64,000 nt of DNA from Tubulanus polymorphus. Lineage: Eukaryota > Animalia > Nemertea. Each line of letters starts with the position of its first letter. Within the stretch, counting starts at the first letter, position 1. The DNA lies in the NCBI RefSeq assembly GCF_964204645.1, contig NC_134035.1:4278001-4342000 (forward strand). Direction: 5' to 3'. Of the stretch, positions 1 through 13,195 are shown piece after piece. A program made the position numbers and the translations under genes. Below the pieces are notes generated by a model. The model searched no databases. It was not told the origin of the DNA and saw nothing but the letters and a program-made list of their open reading frames with translations.

Positions 1-84
1 AGCCATCAGCGCGTATAACCTGCACCGATCAAAATATACTGTCGACAAATTGACAGATTTATAGGGTATAAACATAAAAACCCA

Positions 85-197
85 GGGCCCGGTTTTATAG
101 ACTGGTATCACCTTTAACCCGGGGGCTAACTCAATTGATAATGAATTGAGTTAGCCCCCGTGTTAAAGGTAATACCACAGTCTATAAAACCGGCCCC
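85..197. mobile_element. Palindromic MITE-like foldback element
   Basis: Near-perfect ~55-bp arms GGGCCCCGGTTTTATAGACTGGTATCACCTTTAACCCGGGGGCTAACTCAATT and its reverse complement; a half-copy lies at ~18925-18975. Confidence 0.75.
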
Positions 198-586
198 ATC
201 ACTCAAGCGTTTTGAAAATGGCTAATATCGAGTTGAGACGTTTAAATCCTCTTACACACTTAATCTTTGGTAATAGGTTTAATTCTTCAACCAGGACCCA
301 GTTCCATTTTGAGTTCAGATTTGACTCCGAGTTGACTCATAGAAAATGGACTGATTTCAACTCGGAGTCAACTCTTAACTCACCACTGTGGAACTGGATT
401 CAGTGGCTCGTTTACCCTCAAATTTTATCACTATGAGTTAACGATAGTATTTAGTATTTATCCGCTATGGTTAGCTTTAACAAACTTCTAACTCGATAGC
501 ATTGTCGAGGACCTTATCTCATGTTCTGCTTTCGAAGTTAGTTTAGATCGGTTGATTAGTTTAGCCATCAGAGTCATTGATCACAT

Positions 587-695
587 GGGCCCAGTTCCAC
601 AGTTGTGAATTAAGATTTGACTTTGGAGTTAACACATTGAAAATGAACTAATTTTAACTCAGAGTTAACTCTAACTCATGACGTGGAACTGGAGC
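587..695. mobile_element. ~110-bp palindromic MITE family (termini GG(G/A)CCCAGTTCCACAGTTGTGAGTT); other copies ~294-400, 23790-23870, 24011-24150, 28715-28825, 30063-30170
   Basis: Repeated imperfect hairpins with a shared TIR and core (GAGTTAAC/TGAAAATGAACTAATTT). The GGGCCC termini resemble PIF/Harbinger ends (inference). Confidence 0.75.
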
Positions 696-1589
696 ATGGT
701 GTTTTGAAGAATGCGGATTTCGCGGCGTGTTGAAGGTGCTGCACCATCTCCTAGTGGTTCTTAAATGTTATTGCTTTACAAATATACACCCTCATCATGG
801 GTACAAATTTTGATTCTCCTTCAATTTCTAATCGAAATAGCGCGACAGCGTGGTACATCGCCGAAAGATGAACGCGGCAAACGGAACTCCTAAAGATTTC
901 CAGTAAAATTCCGATAGAATCGAAAAGTCGTACGTCCCTCTTCAAACTTGCGAATGAATCTTCTGTTCATTTCGTAAACCGCGATTAGTTCTCGTTGAGC
1001 TACGAATATTCGCGGGCGCGTCACTTTTCGCAAAAAACGAAATAACTTATTCATAAAATGCCGACGTCACAAAGCGACTGGTGCGCCGCCTACTCGAGTC
1101 TTCGAAGGCAAACAATAACGTATAATGTTCTGATTTTACTATTGTTTAAGATGTCTGTTTTGCCCCTAGTGTAAGATTTGCGTGGAACGTTAACGACCTG
1201 TTACATTTCTGTAAAGCACAGATTACTCGCCGTGTCGACGATCCCCGGGGATCGAGAAACCGCCGAATCAAGGCCTGATGCGCAGGTGGGTTTCGTGCCA
1301 ATATGCATTAGATGATAATTATCGTCGTCAAGTGTCGGGGGTTAATTAGTCTCTCGATGAAGCCGTCGGGGCTAAATTTGTCGAATCAACGAATTTTCGT
1401 TTCGTTATTTACGACTCGACGCGGTGTTACAGATCCGGCGAAATGTCGACAAAAGAAATCGCGCCGCGCAATTCCGCAATTCTCTGGCAGAGGTCCCGCG
1501 AGAATCGGCGCGTTTTAGCGCGTTTTTCCGATCCGCCCGCGGCGTCTGTATCGCGCGGGATGCCCTGAATTCCACCTGTGACATTACTG

Positions 1590-1822
1590 CTTAGTACTGA
1601 ATAAACCATATCACATTGCAAATAACCGCCATTTTGTTAGGGCACTTTCGTCCTGTATTGTCGGGTCATTCTTTCCCGTTTCTGAAAACCATTTGCGATG
1701 AGTTCATGTCACCGGTACTTAGACGATGGATTTTGACAATTTCGGGATAAAATTCTAACCTCTAGTTTTCAGTCGTGTATACGAATCTAAAATGTGCAAC
1801 AATGCGACATGAGAGTGATATT
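1590..1822. repeat. Dispersed repeat, second copy at ~26972-27215
   Basis: Shared CCGCCATTTTGTTAGGG...GTCCTGTATTGTCGGG...ATTTGCGATG...GATTTTGACAATTT...CTCTAGTTTTC...ATGAGAG(T/C)GATAT. Confidence 0.7.
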
Positions 1823-2373
1823 AATTGATTTGTTCAACTTTCAAAGAAATTAATTACATAATTTCTCTAACAAAATATTGCAATGAACTATGAAGGCCAC
1901 TCGTCAAGAGCCTGAAGGCTGTAACTATGTAAAGAGTGGATGGGGAGCCCTGATTACCACTAAATCAACGATGACTATGATACAAAAAATATTAATATTA
2001 TAAAGCTTATCTATGGTAAGCTATTCAATACAACATACAACATACAATGGTAGTACAATAACAACTACTATAACATAAACATACTATGATTTGAATAATT
2101 TAGTAGTTTGTTTGATATTCAAAAAAACTGTGGCCAATTTTTGCCACAATTTTCAATACCATTGATTTTGTTATATACGTCATTGAAGTTTTTGAATATC
2201 ATGTTATACTGGACTTTTTTAGACTCGTTGAATCATTTAGATATAAATGTATCTTTGATAACGGTATCTTTATCCGAAACATTTGAATATAGAACGTTCT
2301 GTTAAACGGAGATGGTTTTTTTTTTCTCAACGTTAAATGAAACGTGAATAATGTTTTTAAAAAATATTTTCAG

Positions 2374-3279
2374 GATAAAAAGAGCGTCGTCAGACCAGAG
2401 AATAGCGGAGTTACAAGCTCTGATCGCGCTGTCGCGAGGCCGCAGCAGTCTAGTCGGATACGGGGAACTTGATCCTCGAATAGTGTAAGTATATAAGTTC
2501 CCGTTCGGCGGTTAATGTGCTGCCCTGGACCGCCCTACATTCGACATTGTGTAGTGTGAGATGTGGACAAAAAATCTTTCACTGAGGCGCTGATAAAAAA
2601 GATGTTTTAAGCCTGGTGTTGAATAGGACCAGGGCCACCTCTTTCAGACATTCAGCGCTGCCGTGAAATTAGACGAAAACCCTGGTGCTTGTTGTAGTCC
2701 TGAATCGCCAGACGTTCATCATTAGCGTGAAGTTTTGACGGCCAATTTTCTAGCTGATACGTTTGTAGTTCATACAGTGACGGATACAGTCAAAATTAAG
2801 CATGAACAATTTAAAAAAAAATATGAAGATCTTGTTGTGGCGTTGATTAGTTGTTTTACTATTAAAAAAGCTCATTGCGTGCGTAAGCAGCGAAATGGCG
2901 ACGAAGCTTATGGAAAAAAGGCACACAATTTCTAAAGTGGATACTCCCTTTTGCTGACCCTGGATCCGACCCTGTCGATTGTTCATATTCAATTAAGAAT
3001 TGATAATAATGTCTCGGGTGCGGGGTCGTGCGAAATTTGAACGATTGTAAATTAGCTGCAATAATTGTAATAGATATCGCGATTAATGCCTATAAATAAG
3101 AAACTCGGGTTCGCTGTTTGCATGCCGCGCTGATTGCATTCTCTCACTTTGTTTCTTGTTTCTACAGCGGTAAAAGGAACCAGGCTTCGAAGAAATCGTC
3201 AGATGCTGCCAAGGCACAAAAGCTATACCAAGCCAAACAAATCATCCGTCGTTTATTTGAGGATGTCATGAATCAATGA
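2374..3279 (+). CDS. Neuropeptide precursor, PXXXamide / invertebrate parathyroid-hormone-like (iPTH) family; last two coding exons (2374-2484, 3168-3279), signal-peptide exon not located
   Basis: Canonical splice sites (tttcag|G...AGT|gtaagt; ctacag|C). Spliced translation IKR-ASSDQRIAELQALIALSRGRSSLVGYGELDPRIV-GKR-NQASKKSSDAAKAQKLYQAKQIIRRLFEDVMNQ*. It has a dibasic KR site, a GKR amidation/cleavage signal, and the DQRxAELxAL...GxGxxDPxxx-amide pattern I recognise for this family. Confidence 0.8.
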
Positions 3280-6126
3280 TAGATAAACTCTGTAAGTTGC
3301 CGGATATGAACCCGATCCGCTTTATTTACCATTAAAATAGTCGAAGCCGAGTTCATTAATTTGGCAGCAATTTATGTCGTAAAGGATATAATGAAATGGC
3401 CCTTGATTTATTCGCCTTAAACAACAATATTCTCTCCGGCGCTTGCCACTGCCATGGCTGTTTGTAGCCCTGAAAATACCACGGACCAGTTGCACGATAG
3501 TTCAAAGGTGGTCTTAAATCATAAAATTTTTGTCTTAAGGTTGTTAGATTGGCTCTTAATAGGATTAAGTTGGCCTTAATGGCCTTAAACTGGTCTTAAA
3601 ACCTGCCGTAATCGCATATGGAGTAAACTCATCGGTTCGCAGACTGTAAGGTGCTGCCCTCTATATACGAACTAAAATAAACGATAGGCGGCATTTCGGT
3701 CGAAGATTGTAATTTCACAGAATTTAGTCCACGGAAAAACCTCAATATGGCCCCAGTCAAGGAGGTCAGCCAATACAGAGTCCAAAGCCCTGAACGTGCA
3801 GCAGACCCCATTTCTATCGACGTAGAATCGACATTAAACGTGTATCAAGGCCCAGACTTTTTTATCGAACCACCCAAATTGCTCATAAATCGCGACACGT
3901 TTTTTCATCGTTTCTCTTTCAGATTTTAGTGCGCGCCGCGTGCGTGCGTAATTGCCGACAGAAAACAAAACCCTCTCGATCGAAAATATCCGCCAACGAA
4001 CAACCGACATCACACACCAGTCACACACTCTCGAGTATAGCTAACAAACCACCACCAAACAACAACCAGTGATAGGGAATTAAAAGCGAAGATCGGAATC
4101 GAAGAAAATGCTGGCATTTACTCGGTTTTTTACGTTTTAATGTACGGATCAATTAACTAAACAATTAATTTCGATTATTACTGGTCGAATTTATCATTAG
4201 ACGTAGAAAGCAATAATTCGAAGCTGGAAAAACTTTTAAGTCTTCATTTTCTGATGTTTCAATTTAGGGATTAATGCTGCTTAATAAGTTGATGATGGAC
4301 GCTGCGTTTCAGATGATTGAAATCTATGTTATTATTTGTGTTATATGTTTAACAGGCCTAGTTAGTTGTATAGATACTGTGAGACACAGGCCCGTAGCGT
4401 GGAGGAAATCTGCTTTTGAAAAGGAATATTTAGAAATTGTTGGATGAAATGTTCGGTTTTTCCAATTTAGTCCCTGTCTGAAGGGCTGTCATTGAACACC
4501 GTCGGAAGCCTATGGACTGCAAGCGTATTTACCTTCGAGCATAGTTTCAAAAAGTTCCGCGTTAAAACGTAAACGAACTGCCCAACACGCTACGGGTCTG
4601 ACAGAATATATTTATATACGGTGCACCTATTCTGTTAGTCTCAATAAGCCAAACTCACGGTTCCACAACTGTGAATGAAAGTTATTCGACAAAAATCAAC
4701 CGACTTCGCGATGGCTCAATTCCGGAATGAGTTAAAGTAGACCAAAGCCTGATTCGCCTATTCACAATTGTGGAAGCGTTAGTTCAATTTACCGTCGAAT
4801 ATAGCGATATAAAATATCATCATCAAAACCTTTGTTACGATTACCTCGAAATCACTTTCGGTTTCTAGAATGATTTGTCCGGCAAAACGTATAGTAAATT
4901 TATGCGTGCGTCTTCATGTGATTACCCTCGCGACCTAGTAACCGGTATATGTTAGCAATTAACAATGTTTCAATGAATTGAATAAATAAGTCAGACACGT
5001 CGAGTATCTTCACGATTCGGGTTGTAAATTACTATTGATTTTTGTTATAATGAAAAATATATACACGGAAATAAAGCATGAAAATGAGTATTTTCAAAAA
5101 GGGGCACACCTCACGCGTTCGATCGTTCGTTTGATGTTTAGATGTTTTCAAACCACCCCCGCCCGCTAGTCCTCTTAGAGTTCCGCGAGATCTGATCGGT
5201 TCTCGTGCTATATGTTCATCAGTCGTTTCTATACAGTTTGATGGCGATAACTGCAGTATCGTCGTATGTCGCGATATTTGTTATTTGGCGAGGGGAACAA
5301 ACCCCGTCTAACTCAAATAAACTGGGAAGATTGGCTCGAGATAAACGGAGATCGGAAAGGATTTCGTCCTTGTTGGAGTTAATCAAAAGTCCGAGTTGGC
5401 CACGTCTGAGGTGTACATGTACTAAAAAATTATTGTCATGTATATTTAGCAAAGCTATTTTCTGTCCTATTCTCGAAGAATGGTCGACGTCGGAAATCCG
5501 GAACAGAGCGAAAGAGTAACGAGCGAACTATCAGTTTGGAATACCAAAACTGGAACTGACTTCATTTTTACACATAGCTATTTATATAACACAGATTCAG
5601 ACAGGTTGAGACCTGGAAAATGATACAAAAACAAAGGTGATGAGTAGTGACATGACAGTGAGACAAACAACAATCAACACATTCTGACACAGACAAACAG
5701 TCTCAGAGGACAATGAGTAATAAGATGGAGATATAAACCAATAAAGAAATACGAAATATGTATAACAATTATCAGTGATATTTAGTGTTGTTAAATATAT
5801 ACATTATTACGATGTACTAAAGCAAAACTCATATTCACTCAATCATGATAACGATAATATATTTAGCCTAATATTCATTGAAACATTCATTCAAATGATT
5901 TGATCACATTGTATTTACAAATACATAGATGAAACGCATTTAAATAGCACTTAAACAAAATGCCTTAACTACGATAATTTTTTTCTGTCTAATATCCATA
6001 AAAACACTTATTGTCATTGGACTCGCGAGCATATAAGATGAAATACATTCAAGTGGCACTAATAAAAGTAAATAAGCAGAAATACGTCGTGATAGATGGC
6101 AGATCCGACATATATAAACCTATCGC

Positions 6127-9100
6127 CTAGACGGTACTTTCGAGAAGTCGAATCATAGCTTTGATTTTAACATTATCGCGTTCGTCTAACTTCTTTCTGG
6201 CGAGCAGCGCATCTTCGATACGCTCCAGCGTTCCCGGAGCTTTACGGTTCGAAAACCTCCCCTTCGTATCGCGTAGTAGATTCAACCAACGCATTTCGGT
6301 GACGATGTCGTTCAGTTGCTGCTTCGTGACAGCGATGAATTTCGTAGAGACGATCGCCTTTCGAATGGAAGAAACGATATCGCACAATCGGGATTGCGAA
6401 TCGGGACGCGATAATGGGGGGATCGTAAGCGAAGCTAGCTCGTCGCCGTACTTCTTCAGCATACCGAGTGCCGCCAGTTGGACGGAGTTTAGCTTATTGC
6501 CTCGTATGTTGTCGATCTCTAAGTCTAGTCGCAGCCTGTCGATTTTACTGAGGGGGTCGGCGTGCAGCTTCCGATAGCATGCAACGAATTCTTCTTTCAT
6601 TGCTTTCGCTTCTTCTTCGGTTGGACGCATAGATTTCTTTTCGCGGTCGTGGTATTCCCGGCAGCTTTGTAGCAATCGGGCGTATCGTCCGTTCTGGTGA
6701 AACGTTACGCGACAAATCGGACATTCAGGGAAGGACAGCTTTCCATCGTTGGCTCGAGACTCGATGCTCGAGTCCAATCGATTGACCTCGACGACATGAC
6801 CGCACTCGACGATCTGGACGAACCGTGAATCTGCTGAAAACTCGCCGTTCATTTTGACCAGAGTTTCCTTGTCGCACACAGCACACAATTCCGGACAGAT
6901 TTCGCCGCAAAGTCCGATGCAAGGATGATCGCAATTGGCGATGCGTTTGGAGCATGGCTTGTCACATGGGATACGGTCGCACTGCTCCCAGCACAGCCGT
7001 GTACATTTAGAATGCTCGCAGCCCAAACTGCACGCTTTCGTGCATTTCGTACACGGCTCCGAACAAGGTTGACTACAGTATCCATGTGAACACCTTGTTG
7101 TACAAGGATATATCGAACACTCCACGCTGTTTTTGAAAGCACACTCTATTCTAACTCGATGCGAGCAGAACATCTTCTGAACTATCTTCTCCTTGCAACC
7201 CTGGTGTATTCTCCCATACAAACAGCCCGAGCCGCAGATTCCTTGGCAGTTGTGACCGCACTCGAGGATTTGCGAACATTTCTGCTCGCAAACGATGTTG
7301 CCAGCGTCTTTCCAACAGGGTTCCTTTTGCGTATGGCCACATTCCAGTTTCCTCGTAACTGGTATCCTGTATTTCTGCTTGTACGTTGCCGCATCTTTAC
7401 ATAGTACACGCTTAATAGAATGGTCACAGGGTAACATCAGCTTGACACGTTCTTCGCACGGCCCACACGGTTCCCCGCATTGCTTTGTACATATGTGGCC
7501 GCATGGCATTGGAATGTCACACTTTGAATTACAAGTAATCGCTTTGCCCCTCATGTGACAACTTGCCATTTGGACGTGTCTGCACGCAAGCCTATGTTCA
7601 ACTTGCGTCATACAATCGCCGCACGATATCTTACAAGGTTTCGTGCACGCATGGCCGCACGGCAGCTTCCTCGAACAGGCTTTGTCGCAAACGATTGGTT
7701 CTGTGTTCCGTGAACAGGGTATTAACTTGATGTGCTGACACGGGAGCCACTTAGGTACAGGCTCAGAACACCAACAAGGTTCGTTGCATCGTTTTTGACA
7801 CTTTGTCTCGTGCTCGCACTTGTTCGTTCTGGTGCACATCTCGATACACATCAATTCGGTTAGTTTCTGGTTGCAAGCTACGTTTTGGCGACTATGGCCA
7901 CATGGCAACTTTTTCGCTACCAATGTCGGACACGGAGGGCATTTTTCCCAACACAGAAGTGGACATTTGTGTCCTTCGGAACAAATCACTTTTGTACAAG
8001 GCTTCTTGCACTTGAACAGTGAGTGCTGAATATCATCGAGGTGACATGTTCTCGAACAGGTGTGTCCACACGTTAGTCGCGTGGTACATGGCAATGTGCA
8101 GCAACCTTGTGGGAACCGGTCAAAGTCGGACGGTTTGTTTATCAAAGAATGTTCATTATGAGGGTGATTTTGACAGAATATTTCCAACGACGGACCGCAT
8201 GCTTCTTCCCTCTTGAGATCGGTGCATATCTTTTCCCACAGTGGACTGCGTTTTGAAAGATGTTTCAAATTTCCGATGACGTACAAGCCCAGCTTCGCTC
8301 TGGATAGCGCGACGCAAACTCTGTTCTCTATAGCCAGGAAGCCGATACGGTCCGACGGCTCGGAGCGCACCAACGACAGCACGATGATGTCATTTTCTTC
8401 CCCTTGGAAATTATCGACCAAAGTCAAACGCATGCCACCGAATTCCTTCTTCGGCATCTTCTTTTTCAGCTGGAACATCTGTCCAGAATACGGTGTAAGC
8501 ACAGTTATTTGCTCTTTTTCGTAGCCTTGTTTTAGCAGGTAACCGCACAGTTTGGCCACGTATTCCGCTTCGAATAGGTTATAGTGACTTTTAATTTCAG
8601 TCTCGGTACCTTCCGGCTCGTTGTGCGTAACGAAGAACATATCCTTACCCATTCCTTTGACGTGATCGTACATCGTCACTGATCGGTCGTTCTTCAGTTC
8701 CGGGTAGATGTGTTTCATGAGCGTGGCGATTAGCGGTCTCATTCTGTGCTGATACTGTAGACACTTGTATTCGACTTGATTATCGATCATTCTCTCGAAA
8801 AACGAAATGTCCAAATTGTAGTTTTTTGACAATTCGTAAACGGTCGTCGACGGCTTCAGTTGTTTGTGGTCGCCGATCAGTACTAAATGCTCGCAGTTTT
8901 TAGTGAGAGACGTTATGATGTGCGACTCGAGCACCTCGGCGGCTTCCTCGACGATGGTAACGATCGGATGGATATCGCGCAGCAGCAGCTGAAGTCTTGC
9001 AGCCGCTGTCGTCGTCATTCCGATGATCTTCACGCCTCGTAAGATGCTCACGTCGATCTGGTCTTGGATTTCTCGATAGAGTTTGCATTTCTCTTCGTAC

Positions 9101-11771
9101 AGAGCTTGTTTCTCGGCAATACCTCGTAGATGATTCTTCACGTTCAAATTTACCCAATAACGGTAAAGACGCCACCTATCGTCGATACTGAGTTCCCAGA
9201 CATTACGTACTCGCATCACCTCGTCCGCGCTCATCAGGTCCTTCGATCTCAGCTGTTCTTTGACGAACTTCTTTGTCGCCTTTTTACTTCTGGTCACTGT
9301 CTGCCACCCGTCAGTCGCCGCCGGCTCTTTACTTCGACGCGCGATGTCTCCGGTCGTCGCTAGGATATTAGACATCGTCGGTTTCGAGTTCTTTCGAACA
9401 TGCGCGAAATCGTCCTCTCCGTCGAAATCGTTGTCGAGCATGCGTTGCTGTTCGGCGATTATTGCTTCGTCATCGAAATCGAGTCCTTCGTCATCCTCGC
9501 TCGAATCTGCATCTTCCATACATAGCCACTGAACCAGTCTGTCGTCGGTGTCTAGTTCCGCACTCATATTTGCATTCATCGCCGCTCCCAGCGATTCTGC
9601 TGACATGACGTTTCGTTTCATTCGCAGCGCGTACGTCGTTCTCAGCGCTTCCGTATCGCCAACCGTTCGTTGCAGTTCTTTAATCACACACTCCTTTACT
9701 AGGTAATTGTACAGATACCATCTTTGTTCCAAGTTTAGCAACCATACATCTTGTATGCGGTCCACTTCGAGACGACTATTCATCATCACGTCGTTTGTTT
9801 TCAGGAGTCGTAATCTCTGTCGAATGAAATCCTGTTTGGAAGGTTCCATTTCACCGAACACCAACCATTGTATGCCGGGATGTTGTTCTTTCTTAACGTT
9901 TCGGTCAATTTCGCAAAGCCATTTGATCAGCATATCGTCATTGAGCTGGGCATTTAACGTCGGGTTCATGAAAGGTCTTAATATTTCAACGGAGACTATT
10001 CCTCCGTCTAAATTTGCAATTTTTGCGCTGAGGGCTTTTATTTCATCTTCCATTGCGCCAATATCCCGGCGGGCTGCCGTGACCCCGTTGAACATATCTC
10101 GCGGAAGCTTTTTATCTTTGCGTAATTTAGCTTTGATATTCTTCAGCAAAAACGGCTGCATGGCTTCGTTGGCGCTGCGACCGCCGATTCGTACGATCGA
10201 GTCAGACTTGTCCAGTAGAAATTTAGTTATTTCCTTTAGAAACTGATCGAGTGCGTGGTTCGTGTAGCACACTAACAAAATAGGTTGGGAATTCTCGTTC
10301 CATCGTTGCCAATTATCAATCAGAATCCGCACGAGTGCCAGACCTACATAGGTTTTTCCTGTGCCCGGAGGACCTTGTATGATTGCCAAGCGTTTACTCA
10401 AAGCGAGCATGAGAGCAGCCCGTTGCGAATCGTCCATTCGAAGCGCCTCCGATGACAACCACGTTTCTTGTCTTAGCGGCCTCATAGTTTGGCGTCGGTT
10501 TCCGCCGACGATACTCGAGAGGTCGTAATTGGTTTCTCTAGTGAGGTATGTCGGCGCTTCGACTTTCGGCTGACAGTGGACGATGTGTTCCGCGAAAGGC
10601 ATGTTTCGCTCGGTGAACCATTGAAGTCCGCGCAGGACGTGTCGACTCGCTTCGAAATAAGCGGTCGTCTCGACCATCACGTACGTATAGTCGACCACGT
10701 CTTGTACGTCCTCGTCGAACTTTTCGAAACGCACCCGGATATCGCCGTCGCTCCGAAGTTTCTTCAAATCCCGACCGACCACCGTACAGAACAGTACGCG
10801 TTCGAAGTTGTCCCTCGAAAGGCAGAGTAACGAACCGTAAATCAACCGCTTGCTCGACTCCCAGCGCACTCCTTTTAACTTCTCGACGTTGAAGCGAAGT
10901 GTATGTTCTAACCCGGATAAGGTGCACGTCGGTGGCATTACGATGCGTACGTCCGAATAGACTCGGATGTTCTGCAGTTTCCCGGTGCGAATCGGTTTCT
11001 TGTATTCTTCTATTCCTTCGCGTAAAGGACGGATGAAATCCTCGCGAAGCAGCCGGAAATTGACGTCCAAGTAATGGTCGACGTCGACGAAACGACCCTT
11101 GGCGATGTTACGCCGTAGGAACGGTTCCGCGTCGAAGGCAAGATCCCGCGGCTGGGGAAATAACGAAATCGCGCGGTAGTCATCCGGGGGCGTTTCGAGG
11201 TCGTTGTTCGGCACCGAGTGCCATCTACGCATGGCGCCACCGGTAGACGGTGTTGGCAAATTGTTTCTGACAATCTCGTGGACGTGTTTCTGAAGTTCGT
11301 GAAGTTTTTCGATCATTCGCGGTGAAGGCGGATGTCGCTCACTTTTGACGACCGTATCGATGACACCTACGACCAGGAAGACGTCCTTGTGCGAGACACT
11401 GGGAATACGCGTCAACAATACGCCACAAATATCCATCATGACGTTAATTGACTTCTGACCTGCATCACCAGTGGCCTTCATTTTCGCCAGATAGCCGACC
11501 ACCGCTTTCGACAAGAACTCCGAGTCGACCATCATCGTCAGACATTCCAACGAACAGTGTCCGGTCGATTGACCGGGACAAGCCTTCATCCATACCTCTA
11601 AAACTAAGATAACTAAATCTGGTTTTTTATCGAAATTACCCTTCAGCAGATTCATCACTGGTTGCTTGTTACCGACCAGATACAGAGCCACGTCGGCGGC
11701 GTTTTCGTTCGCCTTCAGTTCGCTCAGTTTACGCCATCCTATTTGATAAGGAGGTCTCGTACCAGCTGCGC
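6127..11771 (-). CDS. ZNFX1: NFX1-type zinc finger-containing protein 1 (ZNFX1), UPF1-like SF1 RNA helicase; main exon
   Basis: 1854-aa ORF extends in frame to the acceptor ttcag|GC at 11771. Motifs: HYLDVNFRLLREDF, RLIYGSLLCLS, Walker A QGPPGTGKT, CYTNHALDQFL, IVEEAAEV, LIGDHKQL, QHRM, VDNFQGEE, RVCVALSRAK, followed by a long Cys/His NF-X1 finger array and a C-terminal CGH...CPICR RING-like motif. Confidence 0.96.
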
Positions 11772-12827
11772 CTGAAACGCTGAATCGGGAAACGATGCAT
11801 TAGACAATACGAAGACATGCTTTAGGTAGATACCGTTTTGAGTAATACCTGAATCAATATCTACGTCAATTTCTATACACCTTGAATGGTACGATGGGTT
11901 GTATGAGAGAAATGCTTGGATAAATATCATCTGATAATATTCCATTAGAAATTTAAAATGTGATGCAGTGTTTATAAAAAACGCGCAATATTAGAACTTA
12001 ATAACGAAAATCTATTACATTTCCTTTCGGATTGATTACTTCTATATGTTATGAAGGGGGGTTTTTACTATAGTTCAATAGTCAAACGTTTTGGAGTTAG
12101 ATAATTGTTGTCATCATAGTTTTGAGATTTTATTGTTTATTTTGGCAGTCTGTCACAGTTTGGATCTCGTCTTGACACTTCTCAGATCTCCACTAGTATT
12201 TACTATAAATAACTAATAAACACCTAGTCGGGGTGGGTTTTGAGAACAGAAGGAGGTTTTAGAACAGATGAAGTTAGAGTACATGTTACAGCCGATAGGG
12301 GCCGACCTGCGAGTCGTGAGCTCCGGATATAGATCATAGCATAAAGGCCGACCCGCGAATCGAGAGCTTAAGACAGGGATATAGAAAATGGATATTCACA
12401 TCGCATCGCATGGGAAGATTGTAGTTACTTTGTCCTCGTCTGGATTATCAAAGAGACGTTCGACACGGGATCTCGCTTCCGAGAGAAAGGCCAGCTTTTA
12501 GTCTCTTCATGATATTCGCACGGTATCGACGAGTCGACCATCACGAAATCACAACTTTCCGCCGGTCGTGGGATTGACGAGAATACAGTTTTCGTCGATT
12601 CGTTACATATACATTTTCAGAGATTCCCAAAGAAAAACTGTTAGTTCTAATACCATGTGATTACGTCCCCTATATATATATATCATGCACACGATACTAT
12701 AGGTAACGTCATTCTAAGAACACTGCTTTAGGAGAGGCTAATACGGTGATAATCTATAACTCTGAGATAACACGCTATGCATTAATAAAAAAAGAACACA
12801 ATTTCGGGGCAATTGAAGAATGTGTAC

Positions 12828-12991
12828 CTGTTAGATGAACCACCTCTGTTAGATGTGCCTCCTCTGGTAGATGAACCTCCTCTGTTAGATGGACCTCCTC
12901 TGGTAGATGGACCTCCTCTGGTAGATGAGCCTCTTGCCACGGTTTGGCGGCTGCATTGACTGCTTTTCTGACCCGGATTTCTGGTGAACAT
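12828..12991 (-). CDS. Candidate first coding exon of ZNFX1, RGG-rich (built on an 18-bp tandem repeat)
   Basis: ATG at 12991 gives MFTRNPGQKSSQCSRQTVARGSSTRGGPSTRGGPSNRGGSSTRGGTSNRGGSSNR, with an upstream acceptor (ttttag, ~13053) and a donor AG|GTACAC at 12828. That donor is phase 2 but the 11771 acceptor needs phase 1, so the junction is unresolved. Confidence 0.5.
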
Positions 12992-13195
12992 CGTTGCAAT
13001 CGGTCTACGTTTGTTTGTTACAATCGCCAATATTGTAATATAACGAGAAATTCTAAAACACATGATGATTCGAATAGAAAAAAACACAATGTCTCGACCA
13101 GAATATCGTGAATGATTGAGTCTGAACGATCTAATATGTACCTTTCATCGACGCTATTATTACAGTTTTCATCAGTAAGACGTTTATTTCGATAT

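Noticed and set aside
5205-5519. Overlapping short ORFs downstream of ZNFX1
   Set aside because: No recognisable domain (and no RZ finger), and no convincing splice sites to link them to a gene.
6161-11273. Many antisense and alternate-frame ORFs over ZNFX1
   Set aside because: Shadow ORFs of a long coding exon with no independent motifs.
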